Shown here piece by piece: positions 21,279 through 32,018 of a DNA stretch of 64,000 bases. This DNA comes from Armatimonadota bacterium (GTDB lineage: Bacteria; Sysuimicrobiota; Sysuimicrobiia; Sysuimicrobiales; Humicultoraceae), in contig JBBIOM010000004.1 of assembly GCA_037443365.1 (NCBI GenBank), forward strand, positions 1 to 64,000, written 5' to 3'. Numbering within the stretch: the stretch's first letter is position 1; each line of letters begins with the position of its first letter. Under the pieces are notes generated by a model that saw only the letters and a list, made by a program, of their open reading frames with translations, ran no database searches and was not told where the DNA came from. Made by a program: the position numbers and the translations under genes.

Positions 21279-23531
21279 ATGAACCTCGCAGCATTGGTCC
21301 GCCGCGCTGAGGTGGAGGCAGGCCCCACCCGGATGGTGTTTGAGACCGGCCTGCTGGCGAAGCAGGCGTCCGGGGCGGTCACGGTAACGTGCGGCGAGAC
21401 CGTAGTGCTCGTGACGGCGACGATGTCGGACACCGTGCGGGAGGGGATTGACTTCTTCCCGCTGACCTGCGATTTCGAGGAACGGATGTACGCCGCCGGG
21501 AAGATCCCCGGCGGCTTCTTCAAGCGGGAGGGACGCCCCGGCGAAAGGGCCATCCTGACCTCCCGGCTCATCGACCGGCCGATCCGGCCCCTGTTTCCTA
21601 AGGGGTTCCGCAACGACGTCCAGATCATCGCCACGGTCCTTTCCACGGATCAAGAGAGCGATCCCGGCATCGCCGCGGTGAACGGCGCCTCGGCCGCGCT
21701 CATGCTGTCGGGCATCCCGTTCGCCGGACCCATCGGCGCGGTCAGAATGGGATTGATTGACGGCAATCTCGTCGTAAACCCGACTCTTCGGCAGGTGGAG
21801 GAACAGAGCAGCCTCGACCTGGTCGTGGCCGGCACCGACGAGGCCATCATCATGGTCGAGGCGGGAGCCAACGAGGTTCTCGAATCCCAGATAGTCGAGG
21901 CGATGTCACGGGCGCACGCTGAGATCCGCCGCATCGTGGCCGCGCAGCGCGATCTTGCGGCGAAGGCCGCGAGGCCGGCCCGCGTCCCGTCGCTTGTGAG
22001 GTACGACCCGGAAGTCGAAGCCGCCGTGCGCACCGCCGCCCTGCCCCTTGTGCGCGAGGCACTGGCCAGCCCGGAGAAGCTGGCGCGCGAGGATGCCCTG
22101 CGCGCGGTGGAGGAGGAGGTGGCCGCCAGGATCACCCAGCAGTTCCCGGCCGCCTCCGGGCAGATCGGCGAGATGATCACCGCGGTTGCGAAGGAAGAGG
22201 TCAGGCGGAGAGTCCTCGAGGACGGCGTGCGGCCGGACGGACGCGGACCGCGCGAGATACGCCCGCTGGCATGCGTCGTAGGCCTGCTGCCGCGCGCTCA
22301 CGGGTCGGGGCTGTTCCAACGAGGACAGACTCAGGTCCTCGCGATAGCCACGCTCGGAACGGGTGACGACAGGCAGCGCCTCGATGACATAGGCGTGCGC
22401 GAGGAGAAGCGGTACATGCACCACTACTCGTTCCCGCCGTTCTCCGTCGGCGAGGCCCGTCCCCTGCGCGGCCCGGGGAGGCGCGAGATCGGACACGGCG
22501 CCCTGGCGGAACGCGCGGTGGAACGCATGATCCCCGGCGAGGAGCAGTTCCCCTACGTCATCCGAGTAGTGAGCGAGGTTCTTGAGTCGAATGGGAGCAC
22601 GTCCATGGCGGCTGCGTGCGCCTCCACCCTGGCGCTGATGGACGCGGGTGTTCCCATCCGCGCCGCGGTGGGAGGGATCGCAATGGGGCTGGTCTCCGGC
22701 GCAGATGGCAGGCACGCCGTCCTGACCGACATCCAGGGCATTGAGGACGCCATGGGCGACATGGACTTCAAGGTGGCCGGGACGCGCGAAGGCGTGACCG
22801 CCCTCCAGATGGACATCAAGACATCGGGCATCCCGCTGGAGGTGTTCGCCGAGGCGCTGGAGCAGGCCCGGGAGGCCCGGCTGGTGGTGCTGCAGGCGAT
22901 GTCCGATGCCCTGCCCGCGCCCCGCACCGCGCTGTCGGCCCACGCCCCGCGCATCCTGACGCTGCAGATCAACCCGGATAAGATCCGCGAGATCATAGGC
23001 CCCGGCGGCAAGGTGATCAACAAGATCACCGCCGACACCGGCACCAAGATAGACATCGAGCAGGACGGGCGCGTGATGGTGGCCTCGGTGGACGAGGAAG
23101 CCGCGCGGCGCGCCGTCGCCATGATCGAGGCCATCGTGCGCGAGGTGCAGGTGGGGGAGACCTACCAGGGACGTGTTACAAGGCTGATGAACTTCGGCGC
23201 ATTCGTGGAGATCCTGCCCGGCAAGGAAGGCCTGGTGCACATCTCCGAGCTCGCGTACACGCGTGTCAACAAGGTCGAAGACGTGGTCAAGGTGGGCGAT
23301 GAGCTTCGCGTGAAGGTCAAGGAGATTGACTCCCAGGGGCGCGTGAACCTCACGCACCGCGGCACGCTCCCGCCGCCGGAAGGGTGGGAGGAAGAGGAGG
23401 GCGAGCCCCAACCGGTCGACGTCGAGCACAGGCCGCGGTTGCCGCGTGCGCGCCCGGGCGACTCCCGGGGCGGGCGCCCGCCGCGGCGGCGCGAGGGCGG
23501 AGGTAGGCCGCCCCGCAGGCCGCACGCGTAG
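21279..23531 (+). CDS. pnp: polyribonucleotide nucleotidyltransferase
   Basis: [45 protein letters not shown] and S1 domains. Confidence 0.97.
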   Translation: MNLAALVRRAEVEAGPTRMVFETGLLAKQASGAVTVTCGETVVLVTATMSDTVREGIDFFPLTCDFEERMYAAGKIPGGFFKREGRPGERAILTSRLIDRPIRPLFPKGFRNDVQIIATVLSTDQESDPGIAAVNGASAALMLSGIPFAGPIGAVRMGLIDGNLVVNPTLRQVEEQSSLDLVVAGTDEAIIMVEAGANEVLESQIVEAMSRAHAEIRRIVAAQRDLAAKAARPARVPSLVRYDPEVEAAVRTAALPLVREALASPEKLAREDALRAVEEEVAARITQQFPAASGQIGEMITAVAKEEVRRRVLEDGVRPDGRGPREIRPLACVVGLLPRAHGSGLFQRGQTQVLAIATLGTGDDRQRLDDIGVREEKRYMHHYSFPPFSVGEARPLRGPGRREIGHGALAERAVERMIPGEEQFPYVIRVVSEVLESNGSTSMAAACASTLALMDAGVPIRAAVGGIAMGLVSGADGRHAVLTDIQGIEDAMGDMDFKVAGTREGVTALQMDIKTSGIPLEVFAEALEQAREARLVVLQAMSDALPAPRTALSAHAPRILTLQINPDKIREIIGPGGKVINKITADTGTKIDIEQDGRVMVASVDEEAARRAVAMIEAIVREVQVGETYQGRVTRLMNFGAFVEILPGKEGLVHISELAYTRVNKVEDVVKVGDELRVKVKEIDSQGRVNLTHRGTLPPPEGWEEEEGEPQPVDVEHRPRLPRARPGDSRGGRPPRRREGGGRPPRRPHA

Positions 23532-23551
23532 TCACGGCACGGCCCCTCTCG

Positions 23552-24856
23552 ATGGAACCGACACGCAGATCGGTCCTGCCCAACGGCATCCGTGTGATCA
23601 CGGAGACCATGCCGGGGGTCCGCACCGCCACGATCGGCCTGTGGGTGGGGGCCGGCTCGCGGTACGAGGCACGGGATGTCCACGGCGTTTCGCACTTCAT
23701 CGAGCACCTGTTCTTCAAGGGGACGGTGAGCAGGACGGCCCTGGCAATTGCGCAGGCCGTGGACGCGCTGGGCGGGCAGATGAACGCCTTCACGGACAAG
23801 GAGCACACGTGCATCCATGTGAAGGTCCTGGCCGATCACCTCCCGCCGATGGTGGAGCTGATGGCCGACATGGTGCTCAACTCCGCCCTTGACCCCGCGG
23901 CGATCGAGCGTGAACGCCAGGTCATTACCGAAGAGATCAAAATGTACGAGGACTCGCCCGACGCGATGGTTCAGGACCTCATCGCCCAGACGATCTGGGA
24001 CGGGCATCCTCTGGGCCGGCCGGTCATCGGGACGCGCAAGACCGTCTCGCGACTGGGGCGCCAGGACTTCATCGGCTACATCAAGGAGCGTTACCGGCCC
24101 GACAACACGCTCCTGGCCGCGGCCGGGGATGTCGAGCACGAGGCGATCGCCGACCTGGTGGCGCGGCATCTCGGCTCCTGGGACGGTCTCGCGATCCCGC
24201 AGGAGACCGTCACCCCCACGCCCAGGCCGGCCGTGGCCATCCGTTCGAAGGAAATCGAGCAAGTGCACATCTGCATGGCCACGCGCGGCTGTCGGGCGGC
24301 CGATGAGGACCGGTACGTGCTGGCCGTCCTCGACAACCTGCTCGGGGGAGGAATGAGCAGCCGTCTCTTTCAGGAGATCCGGGAGAAGCGCGGGTTGGCG
24401 TACAGCATCGCCTCGTATCCGGCCTCATACCGCGAGGGCGGGCTGTCGGTCATATACGCGGCCACGAGCCCGCAGAACGGCCCCGAGGTAGTGCACCTGA
24501 TCCTGGAGGAGGTCGCGAAGCTGTTCGGTGCCGTTGCCGAGGTGGAGCTGCACCGCGCCAAGGAATCGCTCAAGGGCGGCATCATGCTGCCGCTTGAGAG
24601 CACCGGGAGCCGGATGAGCAAACTGGCGGGCTCGGAACTATATCACAGCCGGCAGATAGACCTCGACGAGATCCTGGGGCGCATTGATGCTGTGGACGCG
24701 GCAGCGGTGCGGCGGATGGCAGCCCAGATATTCACTCCCGACCAGATGGCCATGGCCGCCATCGGGCCGTTTGGTGCGCACGGCACCCCCCGCGCGCCGC
24801 TTGAGCGCGCCTTCAGACGGTCGGTCGGCATCCTGGCCGGCCGACCCACCGTCTAG
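23552..24856 (+). CDS. M16-family zinc metallopeptidase
   Basis: HFIEH (HxxEH), [23 protein letters not shown]. Confidence 0.93.
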   Translation: MEPTRRSVLPNGIRVITETMPGVRTATIGLWVGAGSRYEARDVHGVSHFIEHLFFKGTVSRTALAIAQAVDALGGQMNAFTDKEHTCIHVKVLADHLPPMVELMADMVLNSALDPAAIERERQVITEEIKMYEDSPDAMVQDLIAQTIWDGHPLGRPVIGTRKTVSRLGRQDFIGYIKERYRPDNTLLAAAGDVEHEAIADLVARHLGSWDGLAIPQETVTPTPRPAVAIRSKEIEQVHICMATRGCRAADEDRYVLAVLDNLLGGGMSSRLFQEIREKRGLAYSIASYPASYREGGLSVIYAATSPQNGPEVVHLILEEVAKLFGAVAEVELHRAKESLKGGIMLPLESTGSRMSKLAGSELYHSRQIDLDEILGRIDAVDAAAVRRMAAQIFTPDQMAMAAIGPFGAHGTPRAPLERAFRRSVGILAGRPTV

Positions 24857-24935
24857 ACGCCCCGCCCGGACTCCCGGCGCGCTGCCCGAAGCCCGCCGGG
24901 GGGAGTACCGGCAACGGCGGCGAATCCCTCCTGGC

Positions 24936-25742
24936 ATGAACGCGATCCGAGTGGCCGTCAGTGGTGCCGCCGGGCGTATGGGCCGGACGGCCATCCGCGC
25001 CATCGCCCGCGAAGGCGACATGCAGATCGTCGCCGCGCTTGAACGCAGCGCATCCGCCGGGCCTGACGCCGGCGAGCAGGCAGGCATCCGGCGACTGGGA
25101 GTGACCACGACCGACAGCATGGAGACCGTCATTGCCGCCTCGCCGGACGTCCTGGTGGAGTTCGCGCCGGGGCTGGTCGCCGCGGCGCACGCCCGCGCCG
25201 CGATCGAGGCCGGCATCCGGCCGGTCGTGGGCAGCACAGGGATACCGACGGGCGAGATCGAGGGCCTGGGCGAGATGGCTGCTCGGCGCGGCATCGGCGC
25301 CGTGGTGGCGCCCAACTTCGCCGTGGGCGCGGTGCTGATGATCGAGTTCGCCAGGATCGCCGCGCGCCACCTCCCACACGTGGAGGTAGTCGAACTGCAC
25401 CACGACCGCAAGCGCGACGCGCCGTCGGGCACGGCGCAGAAGACCGCGCGCGTCATTGCGGCGGAGCGCGCCGCGCTTCCCGGCGATGCGCCCATCGACG
25501 AGGAGATGGTCGCGGGTGCGCGTGGCGGCGTCGTCGAGGGCATCCGCGTGCACAGCGTGCGCCTGCCTGGCCTGGTGGCTCATCAGGAGGTCATCTTCGG
25601 CGGAACGGGCCAGGTGCTCACGATACGGCACGACTCGACGAGCGAGGAGTCGTTCATGCCGGGACTGCTGCTTGCGGTCCGGCGCGTGATGTCACTCGAC
25701 CGCCTGGTCTACGGCCTGGAGCATCTGCTGGTGCTGGGCTAG
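24936..25742 (+). CDS. dapB: 4-hydroxy-tetrahydrodipicolinate reductase
   Basis: GAAGRMG, ELHHDRKRDAPSGTA. Confidence 0.95.
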   Translation: MNAIRVAVSGAAGRMGRTAIRAIAREGDMQIVAALERSASAGPDAGEQAGIRRLGVTTTDSMETVIAASPDVLVEFAPGLVAAAHARAAIEAGIRPVVGSTGIPTGEIEGLGEMAARRGIGAVVAPNFAVGAVLMIEFARIAARHLPHVEVVELHHDRKRDAPSGTAQKTARVIAAERAALPGDAPIDEEMVAGARGGVVEGIRVHSVRLPGLVAHQEVIFGGTGQVLTIRHDSTSEESFMPGLLLAVRRVMSLDRLVYGLEHLLVLG

Positions 25743-25761
25743 TCACCCTGGGGGGACGGTT

Positions 25762-26835
25762 GTGACCGAGGGTCTGCGCGTTGCGGTGATCGGCGCCACC
25801 GGCGTGGTGGGCGGCGCCATGGTCCGGGTTCTTGAGGAACGGAGGTTCCCCGCAGGAACGCTCCGGCTGTTCGCGACGGCCCGATCCGCCGGCCGAGTTG
25901 TGCTCTTTCGAGGCGAAGAGACACGAGTGGAGGAGACCAGCGAGGGCCCGCCCGAGTGCGACCTGGCCCTGTTCGCCGGAGGCGATGACGCCAGCCGACG
26001 CCTGGCGTGGGCCGTCGCGGGAGCCGGCGCGGTGGCGGTGGATAACTCGTCAACGTGGAGGATGGATCCCCGAGTCCCTCTCGTTGTTCCCGAGGTCAAC
26101 GCGCACGCAGCGCATGCCCACGTGGGCGTGATCGCCAATCCGAACTGCGTCGCCGCGGCCCTGGTTGTGGCGCTGAATCCGATACATCGCGCGGCCGCGA
26201 TCCGGCGCTGCATCGTGGCCACCTACCAGTCCGTCTCGGGCGGCGGCGCCGACAACATGCGCGCGCTCCTGCGGGAGAGCCGTGGACTGCTCGAGGCTCC
26301 AGAAGCCCTGGAGACCGGAGACGCGGAGCGCATCGCGGCCGCCGCGGGGACTCCTTCGCCAGTGGCCTTCAACATCAGGCCGCAGTGGCGGTGGGAGCCC
26401 GACGGAGAAACGGAGGAAGAGAGCAAGATCGTCGCGGAGACGCGCAAGATAATGGCCGCCGACTTCCCGGTGAGCGTGACGGCCATGCGGGTGCCTGTCA
26501 TGGTTGGGCACACGCTCGCTGTCCATCTCGATCTGAACCGGCCTACGACGCCCGAAGAGGCCCGCGCCGTCCTGCGGAGCGCACCAGGGGTGGAGGTCGT
26601 GGACGACCCCGCCTCCGATCGTGTGCCGACCCCGCTGCTGGCCGCGGGCCGCGACCCGGTCTACGTCGGGCGTCTGCGAGGCGACCGGTTCGACCCGCAC
26701 ATGCTGAAGATGGTGGTCTGCTCCGACAACCTGCGCAAAGGCGCCGCCCTGAACGCGGTGCAGATCGCCGAGTACCTGCTGGCCGCAGGCCTGCTGCGCG
26801 GCCGGAGCGAGAGCGCGCAGTCCCGGGGGGGATAG
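25762..26835 (+). CDS. asd: aspartate-semialdehyde dehydrogenase
   Basis: GATGVVG, DNSSTWRM, IANPNC, YQSVSGGG, DNLRKGAALNAVQIAE. Confidence 0.93.
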   Translation: MTEGLRVAVIGATGVVGGAMVRVLEERRFPAGTLRLFATARSAGRVVLFRGEETRVEETSEGPPECDLALFAGGDDASRRLAWAVAGAGAVAVDNSSTWRMDPRVPLVVPEVNAHAAHAHVGVIANPNCVAAALVVALNPIHRAAAIRRCIVATYQSVSGGGADNMRALLRESRGLLEAPEALETGDAERIAAAAGTPSPVAFNIRPQWRWEPDGETEEESKIVAETRKIMAADFPVSVTAMRVPVMVGHTLAVHLDLNRPTTPEEARAVLRSAPGVEVVDDPASDRVPTPLLAAGRDPVYVGRLRGDRFDPHMLKMVVCSDNLRKGAALNAVQIAEYLLAAGLLRGRSESAQSRGG

Positions 26836-26837
26836 CG

Positions 26838-27764
26838 ATGGCGTACTTCGGCCACCTGATAACCGCAATGGTGACGCCATTCGACGCCGAGGGCCGGGTT
26901 GACTACTTGCGGGCCGCGGCGCTAACGAACCGCCTGATCGCGGGCGGAAACGATGGCCTCGTGGTCGCCGGCACCACCGGGGAATCGCCGACGCTCTCCG
27001 ATGAAGAGAAGGTCCGGCTCTTCGGCGTGGTGAAGGAAGCCGCCGGGACGCGCGCCAGGGTGATCGCCGGCACCGGCACATACGACACCGCGCATTCGAT
27101 TCACCTTTCCAGGGAGGCCCACCGCGCCGGCGCCGATGGGCTGCTGCTGGTGAACCCGTACTACAACAGGCCGTCTCAGGATGGGCTCTACGCCCACTTC
27201 CGCGCCGTCGCCGAGAGCACGCCGCTGCCGGTGATGCTGTACAACATCCCGGGGCGCACCGGGGTGAACTGCGCGCCCGAAACGATCGCGCGTCTCGCCG
27301 AGATTCCCAACATCGTTGCCGTCAAGGAGGCCGCGGGGAGCCTCGATCAGGTTTCGGAGATCCGCGTCAGGACCCCGGAACGGTTCAAGATCTACAGCGG
27401 GGATGATAGCCTGACGCTGCCCAAGCTCGCGGTGGGCGCGACCGGAGTCGTAAGCGTTGCGGGGAACCTGACCGGTCTGGAGATCAAGGCGATGATCCGG
27501 GCCTTCCTGGCAGGGAAGGTGGCCGAAGCGTTGCGCCTGCACTGCCGCCTGTGGCCGCTGTTCAAGGTTCTGTTCATCACCACCAACCCGGTGCCGGTGA
27601 AGGCCGCCATGCGCATGGCCGGTTTCGACTGCGGGCGTGTCAGGCTCCCTCTCGTGGACGCCACGCCCAAGGAAGAGGAGCAGATCCGCGGGGTCCTGCG
27701 CGCGCTGGGGCTGATGCCAGGACAGCCCTGCGACCCGGCGGAGGGCACGTGCTCGAGCTCCTGA
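26838..27764 (+). CDS. dapA: 4-hydroxy-tetrahydrodipicolinate synthase
   Basis: GTTGESPTL, PYYN, LYNIPGRTG, AVKEA. Confidence 0.95.
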   Translation: MAYFGHLITAMVTPFDAEGRVDYLRAAALTNRLIAGGNDGLVVAGTTGESPTLSDEEKVRLFGVVKEAAGTRARVIAGTGTYDTAHSIHLSREAHRAGADGLLLVNPYYNRPSQDGLYAHFRAVAESTPLPVMLYNIPGRTGVNCAPETIARLAEIPNIVAVKEAAGSLDQVSEIRVRTPERFKIYSGDDSLTLPKLAVGATGVVSVAGNLTGLEIKAMIRAFLAGKVAEALRLHCRLWPLFKVLFITTNPVPVKAAMRMAGFDCGRVRLPLVDATPKEEEQIRGVLRALGLMPGQPCDPAEGTCSSS

Positions 27765-28555
27765 TCCTGGGTGTCGTTCAGGGGCTGACCGAGTTCCTAC
27801 CGGTCAGTAGCACGGCCCACCTGCTGTTCGCCGAGCACTACCTGGGCATGCACAGACCCGGGCTCCTGCTGGAGGGCGTGCTGCACCTGGGCACGGCTGC
27901 GGCTGCCTGCCTGCTGTTCTGGCCGGACGTGGTGCGGATCGCCCGATGCATACCAGGGCTCCTGCGCGCTCGCGGGCGGCCAGCAGGGCGCACTTTGGAG
28001 CCCTCCGAACGGATGACGATCGCGATCGCGGCGGCCACAGCGGTCACGGCGATTCTGGGCCTGGCGCTGGCCAGCCCGCTGGAGCGCATGTTCGACTCGG
28101 TCCAGGCCACGGCGGCGCAGCTCCTGATCACGGGCATCATCCTGCTCCCCAGTCGCGAGCGCGGATCGCGCGGCGCCGGCGATGTAACGGCGTGCAATGG
28201 CGTGATCCTGGGTTTGGCGCAGTCCCTGGCGATCGTGCCGGGGATCTCGCGGTCAGGGGCCACCATCATCGCCGGCCTGGCGCTGGGCATGCGGCGCGCC
28301 GAGGCCGCGCGCCTCTCGTTCTTGATGTCTATTCCGGCCATCGCAGGAGCCGGCGCCTACGCGTTGAAGGACGCCACGGTGGCCGCTCGATTGGGGTATG
28401 CGCCGCTCGAACTGCTGGCCGGCGCGGTTGTTGCCTGCGTCTTCGGCGGGCTGGCCATCTTGTTGCTGGTCGACATCGTGAAGCGACAGCGCCTGATTCT
28501 CTTCAGCGCCTACTGCTGGGTGGTAGGCCTGCTGGTACTGCTGACGACGAGGTAG
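27749..28555 (+). CDS. uppP: undecaprenyl-diphosphate phosphatase
   Basis: VQGLTEFLPVSSTAH, PGISRSGATI, ARLSFLMSIP; GTG start with GGAGGG RBS. Confidence 0.93.
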   Translation: MLELLILGVVQGLTEFLPVSSTAHLLFAEHYLGMHRPGLLLEGVLHLGTAAAACLLFWPDVVRIARCIPGLLRARGRPAGRTLEPSERMTIAIAAATAVTAILGLALASPLERMFDSVQATAAQLLITGIILLPSRERGSRGAGDVTACNGVILGLAQSLAIVPGISRSGATIIAGLALGMRRAEAARLSFLMSIPAIAGAGAYALKDATVAARLGYAPLELLAGAVVACVFGGLAILLLVDIVKRQRLILFSAYCWVVGLLVLLTTR

Positions 28556-28559
28556 ACGC

Positions 28560-30812
28560 ATGGCCAGGCGACGGCAGCCGCGCCCTCCCTCACACAACCG
28601 CCCGGTGGCTGCCGGGTGGATCCTCGTGTTGGTCGCGCTCGTGCTCGGTCTGGCGTTTCTCCCGGGTGCGACCGGCATCCCCGCGGTGTTGGCCCGGTGG
28701 CAACGCCTCCTCCTTGGGACGGCGGCCGTGGCGCTGCCGGTCTACACCCTTGTTGCCGGGCTGATCCTGATGGCCGCGGGCGAACGCGCCCGCCTGAGCA
28801 GGAGGATCGGCGGGTTCCTCTTGGGATCAGTGACGGCACTGCTGGCGCTGCACGCGCGATCCGCCGGGGCGGACCTATGGAGCGACGGGCTGGCGGGAAA
28901 GGGTGGCGGTGCAATCGCCGGGGGTCTCACGTGGATCCTGGCGCGAGGGTTGGGGCCCACCGGGATGCGGGTGGCCATTGGCGTCCTTGCGGTGGTAAGC
29001 CTTGGAATGCTGACCGGCCTGACGCTCGCTTCCGCCGGGGCCGGGCTGCGTGCCGCCGCGCGCGGGGCGGTGCTCATTGGGCGCGTGATGCTCCGCCTGG
29101 GCGCGCGCCTGGTCCGTGTCGTGGCCCTCGCGTTGCGCGATGCCTGGGCCTCGATTCGGGCCCGCCTCCGCCTGCATGTGGCGCGCCGAGCCGCCAGGCC
29201 TGCGCCGCCTCCTCCTGCGGCGCCGGTCGAACCCGCACCCGCGCACGAGGCGCCGTCCCGGCTGGCCCCGGCCGAACCGGAAGGCGCTCCGGCGGCCGCG
29301 CTCGATGCGCAGGCCAAAGCCAGACCTCGCCCCAGGCCCGCGAAGCCCCTGGAACAGATCCAGCAGGAGCGGCTCGACTTCGCGGCGGTCGAGTACCGCC
29401 TGCCACCTGTCTCCATGGTCGGCGAGGGCGCGGCGGCCAGGGCGCGCGGCCGTGTGGACCCGGCCGACACGGCCAGGGCACTGGAGCAGACGCTCGAGAG
29501 CTTCGGGGTGCGCGCGCGCGTCGTGCACTGGGAAGTTGGGCCGGTGGTGACGCGCTACGAGGTTCAGCCGGAGCCCGGGGTCAAGGTGCAGAGGATCACC
29601 AGCCTCACCAACGACATCGCCCTCAATCTGGCCGCCCAGAGCGTCCGGATCGAGGCGCCGATCCCGGGCAAGTCGGCGATCGGGATCGAGCTGCCCAATC
29701 AGAAGGCCAGCATGGTGCACCTGCGCGAGATACTGGGAGCCGAGATCTTCCAGAAGGCCACCTCGCCGCTGGTCGTCGGGGTGGGCAAGGATATCGCCGG
29801 GCATCCCATCGTCGCGGACCTTGCCGAGATGCCCCACCTGCTCATCGCCGGGGCAACCGGGTCAGGGAAATCGGTGGCCCTGAACGCGATGATCGCCAGC
29901 CTGCTGTTCCGCTGTACCCCCCGCCAGGTGCGCTTCGTCATGATTGACCCCAAGCGCGTGGAGCTCACGGACTACAACGCGATCCCCCATCTCCTGACAC
30001 CCGTGGTCACGAACCCGCGCCAGGCAGCCAGCGTGCTCAAGGACATGCTGAGAGTAATGGAGCAGCGTTTCGAGATGTTCGCCTCGGCGGGCGTGCGCAA
30101 CATCCAGGGCTACAACCAGCTCGCCGACGTCGAGCCCCTGTACTACATCGTCATCATCGTGGACGAGCTGGCCGACTTGATGATGGTGGCTCCGGCCGAC
30201 TTCGAGGACATCATCTGCCGCCTGGCCCAGATGACCCGGGCCACCGGCATCCACATGGTGGTGGCGACGCAGCGGCCCTCGGTGGACGTGATAACCGGGC
30301 TGATCAAGGCGAACATCCCGTCGCGCCTGGCGTTCGCGGTCTCCAGCCAGGTGGACAGTCGGACGATACTGGACGGCCCGGGAGCCGAGAAGCTGCTGGG
30401 CCGGGGCGACATGCTCTTCATGCCGCTGGGCGTCTCACGGGCGATCCGCGCCCAGGGCGCCTACATCGCCGACGACGAGATACGCACGCTCGTTGGGTGG
30501 TGGCACGAGCAGGGCTCGCCGGTCTACGACACGGCGTTGATCGAGGCGCAGGAGTCCGCGGCCATCGAGGAGTCGGCCGACGGGGAACGGCTCGTAGAGG
30601 CCGCCCGCCTGGTTGTGCGAACAGGGTACGGCTCGGTCTCCCTGCTTCAGAGGAAGATGCGCATCGGTTACGTGACGGCGGCCCGGCTCGTGGACGAGCT
30701 GGAGGCCCGCGGGATCGTGGGGCCTGTGCAGGGGAGCAACCCCCGCGACGTCCTCGTGGGCCTCGATGACCTCGACCGCCTGCTTCGCAAGAAGACTCCC
30801 CCGGCCCCGTAG
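28560..30812 (+). CDS. ftsK: DNA translocase FtsK/SpoIIIE
   Basis: N-terminal TM region, MPHLLIAGATGSGKS, ATQRPSVDVITG, gamma domain SVSLLQRKMRIGY. Confidence 0.95.
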   Translation: MARRRQPRPPSHNRPVAAGWILVLVALVLGLAFLPGATGIPAVLARWQRLLLGTAAVALPVYTLVAGLILMAAGERARLSRRIGGFLLGSVTALLALHARSAGADLWSDGLAGKGGGAIAGGLTWILARGLGPTGMRVAIGVLAVVSLGMLTGLTLASAGAGLRAAARGAVLIGRVMLRLGARLVRVVALALRDAWASIRARLRLHVARRAARPAPPPPAAPVEPAPAHEAPSRLAPAEPEGAPAAALDAQAKARPRPRPAKPLEQIQQERLDFAAVEYRLPPVSMVGEGAAARARGRVDPADTARALEQTLESFGVRARVVHWEVGPVVTRYEVQPEPGVKVQRITSLTNDIALNLAAQSVRIEAPIPGKSAIGIELPNQKASMVHLREILGAEIFQKATSPLVVGVGKDIAGHPIVADLAEMPHLLIAGATGSGKSVALNAMIASLLFRCTPRQVRFVMIDPKRVELTDYNAIPHLLTPVVTNPRQAASVLKDMLRVMEQRFEMFASAGVRNIQGYNQLADVEPLYYIVIIVDELADLMMVAPADFEDIICRLAQMTRATGIHMVVATQRPSVDVITGLIKANIPSRLAFAVSSQVDSRTILDGPGAEKLLGRGDMLFMPLGVSRAIRAQGAYIADDEIRTLVGWWHEQGSPVYDTALIEAQESAAIEESADGERLVEAARLVVRTGYGSVSLLQRKMRIGYVTAARLVDELEARGIVGPVQGSNPRDVLVGLDDLDRLLRKKTPPAP

Positions 30813-30907
30813 CCGGGGAGCGCCCGAGGGCAGGCAGAGGACTCCCACCGGTTAGCCCAGAAGCACCACACGCACGCCAGGCAGCAGGTGAGAGAGGGGT
30901 GGTTGGG

Positions 30908-31975
30908 ATGAGGCAGGTCGCGGTGCGCGCCGTGACGATCGTGCTCGTGACGCTCGCGTTGCTGGTTTGGTCGGTGGGCCCTTCGGTCGCGCAGGCACAG
31001 GCCCCCAAGAAACTGCTCATAGGAATGGTCTATGACGTGGGGGGGAGGGGCGACCTGTCCTTCAACGACATGGCCTACGCAGGGCTGTCGCGCGCGCAGA
31101 AGGAGTTCGGGGCCAGGGTCCAGACCAAGGACCTGGAGCCCGCCGCCGGCGGCGAGAACCGGGAAGAGCTGCTGCGCCTCCTGGCCGGTGAGAAGTACGA
31201 CCTGATATTCGGCATCGGGTTCCTTTTCACCGACAGCATCACCCGGGTTGCCAAGGCGTTCCCGGGCGTGAAGTTCGGCATCGTGGACGGGTTCATCGAC
31301 AAGGAACCCAACGTGGCCAGCCTGCTGTTCAATGAGCACGAGGGCTCGTTCCTGGTGGGCGCCGCCGCGGCGCTCAAGTCCAAGACGGGCAAGATCGGGT
31401 TCGTCGGCGGCATGAAGATCCCCCTGATCGAGAAGTTCGAGGCGGGCTACATCGCGGGAGCGAAGTACGTCAAGCCAGCCATCCAGGTCTTCTCCGACTA
31501 CGCCGGGACGACCGGCGAGGCGTTCCGAGATCCGGTCAAGGGGAAGGAACTCGCAACAGCCCAGTACGACCGCGGCGCGGACATCATCTACCACGCGTCG
31601 GGCGGCACCGGGATCGGCGTCTTCGAGGCGGCGGCGGCGAAGAAGAAGTGGGCGATTGGCGTGGACGCCGACCAGTCCCTGACGGTCAAGCCCGATCAGC
31701 GCGCCCGCATCCTCACCAGCATGATGAAGCGCGTGGACGTGGCGGTCTTCTCCACGATCAAGGCCATCGTGGGCGGCACCTACAAGGCGGGTGTCCAGTC
31801 CTTCGGGTTGAAGCAAGGCGGCGTGGGCTACGCCGTCAACGACTACAACCGCGAGATGGTGAAGGACATCGTGCCGCGGCTGGAAGCCCTCAAGAAGGAC
31901 ATCGTGGCCGGCAAGATCAAGGTCCCGAGCGACAAGACGCAGCTGGAGGCGTTCCTGAAGGGAATCAAGCGTTAG
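30908..31975 (+). CDS. BMP-family ABC substrate-binding protein (nucleoside-type)
   Basis: Signal peptide, GGRGDLSFN, IGFVGGM, IGVDADQ, SMMKRVD. Confidence 0.92.
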   Translation: MRQVAVRAVTIVLVTLALLVWSVGPSVAQAQAPKKLLIGMVYDVGGRGDLSFNDMAYAGLSRAQKEFGARVQTKDLEPAAGGENREELLRLLAGEKYDLIFGIGFLFTDSITRVAKAFPGVKFGIVDGFIDKEPNVASLLFNEHEGSFLVGAAAALKSKTGKIGFVGGMKIPLIEKFEAGYIAGAKYVKPAIQVFSDYAGTTGEAFRDPVKGKELATAQYDRGADIIYHASGGTGIGVFEAAAAKKKWAIGVDADQSLTVKPDQRARILTSMMKRVDVAVFSTIKAIVGGTYKAGVQSFGLKQGGVGYAVNDYNREMVKDIVPRLEALKKDIVAGKIKVPSDKTQLEAFLKGIKR

Positions 31976-31982
31976 GTCCGTC

Positions 31983-32011
31983 GCGGGGGCGGCGCCCGGC
32001 GCCGCCCCCGC
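31983..32011 (+). terminator. GC-rich hairpin after the SBP gene (mRNA stabiliser or partial terminator)
   Basis: GCGGGGGCGGCGC-CCG-GCGCCGCCCCCGC perfect inverted repeat. Confidence 0.6.
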
Positions 32012-32018
32012 TTCACAG